DNA of 64,000 nucleotides from an uncultured Methanoregulaceae archaeon. GTDB taxonomy: Archaea; Halobacteriota; Methanomicrobia; Methanomicrobiales; Methanospirillaceae. Under the pieces are notes generated by a model. It made no database searches, had not been told where the DNA came from, and worked only from the letters and a program-made list of their open reading frames with translations. Numbering within the stretch: position 1 is the first letter of the stretch; each line of letters begins with the position of its first letter. Of the stretch, positions 63,188 to 64,000 are shown piece after piece. A program made the translations under genes and the position numbers. The DNA is taken from contig OY970343.1 in assembly GCA_963717525.1 (NCBI GenBank), forward strand, positions 128,001-192,000, written 5' to 3'.

Positions 63188-63871
63188 ATGGGATTTGATG
63201 ATCTGCGCAGCATCCTGCTCACCGAACGCGAAACCGGCAAACTGGTCCAGATATCCCCGGATATTTTCGACCGCACCCATGTAGAGATCGCAGCACTTCT
63301 CAAGAAGGTCTATGCGGTTGAGGACCCGCTCTCCGATGAGGCCCGGGCGCTCATCGAAGAAACGATCGCGATGAAAGAGACAATGCACGAGCTCTTCTCT
63401 ATCCGCTCACGCAAGATCCTCGCTCTCGCCCTCATGCATGCGGAGGGTAATTACTATGACCGGGAGGAGGTCAAGAGGATGCTGCCGGCCGAGCACGGGA
63501 TGTTTGACCGAGTGGCGGCCGGCCTCCTTGAATGCCAGGATACCCTGCTCCACAACGCAAAACAGCCCCTTGTGCCTTCACCAAAGGCAGCCCCTGCAGT
63601 CATCGAGGTAGCAGAAAATGACGGGGAAGTACATGATGAAGAATATCTGTCCGGTGAGGAGCAGTCAGTCTCCCAATCTCCCGCCGCACCCACTCTCACC
63701 CCGCCTTACCTGCTGGTGCGGGTGCTTGAGGGGATGGATACGTTCATGGGTGTTGATGGGAGGATCTATGGGCTTGCCAAAGGGGACATCGTCACGCTTC
63801 CCGAGCGAAACGCATCTGTCCTTTCCGACCGGAACCTTGTCTGTCCCGTCTCCCTCCCGACCGGAAAATAA
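63188..63871 (+). CDS. GINS family (Gins51-like) replication protein
   Basis: Follows priS; R.RKI helix domain; C-terminal VRVLE..FMGVDG..Y.L.KGDIVTLP..NA B-domain. Confidence 0.75.
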   Translation: MGFDDLRSILLTERETGKLVQISPDIFDRTHVEIAALLKKVYAVEDPLSDEARALIEETIAMKETMHELFSIRSRKILALALMHAEGNYYDREEVKRMLPAEHGMFDRVAAGLLECQDTLLHNAKQPLVPSPKAAPAVIEVAENDGEVHDEEYLSGEEQSVSQSPAAPTLTPPYLLVRVLEGMDTFMGVDGRIYGLAKGDIVTLPERNASVLSDRNLVCPVSLPTGK

Positions 63872-64000
63872 CCGGAATTTTTTTTAGATACTCTGCCCCA
63901 AAATCCCGAACGGCCGGCATAAGTGTCTGGAATTTCTTGTTCGGATCTTTCAGGAAGGCCGGCCTATCCTAATCTTTTTAACATCCCGGCACCAAAACCT

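Overview
Archaeal chromosome segment whose gene content and style point to a Methanomicrobiales (Methanoregula-like) methanogen; this taxonomy is inferred from the genes. The left ~26.7 kb is an accessory region carrying secreted/surface proteins, a PAS-kinase plus acetate (satP-acs) block, a GNAT, an AT-rich DUF4062/DUF2513/HEPN defence-like block, two modular secreted peptidase-like proteins and a PQQ-repeat propeller. It ends in an RHH-like gene and a tyrosine recombinase. Main finding: intergenic gaps of this region contain at least 10 copies of a 28-bp dif-like 11-6-11 inverted repeat (consensus TTTTCCTTTWA-N6-TWAAAGGAAAA) in a few recurring spacer classes, often paired and sitting at module boundaries, suggesting an archaeal recombinase-driven gene-cassette array. 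Also notable are a duplicated structured 5' leader candidate and a non-canonical tRNA-Cys (G73, A37) beside a CysRS with a Cys-to-Asp zinc-ligand change. The right ~37 kb is mostly core-like: cysS, cysK-cysE, nifS/U, moeB-moaD-moaE, pilins, sua5, tRNA-Gly, an FHA regulator with receptor Ser/Thr kinase, mrp, proS, egsA, elp3, priS and GINS. Many single-base frameshifts, including in housekeeping genes, look like sequencing indels.
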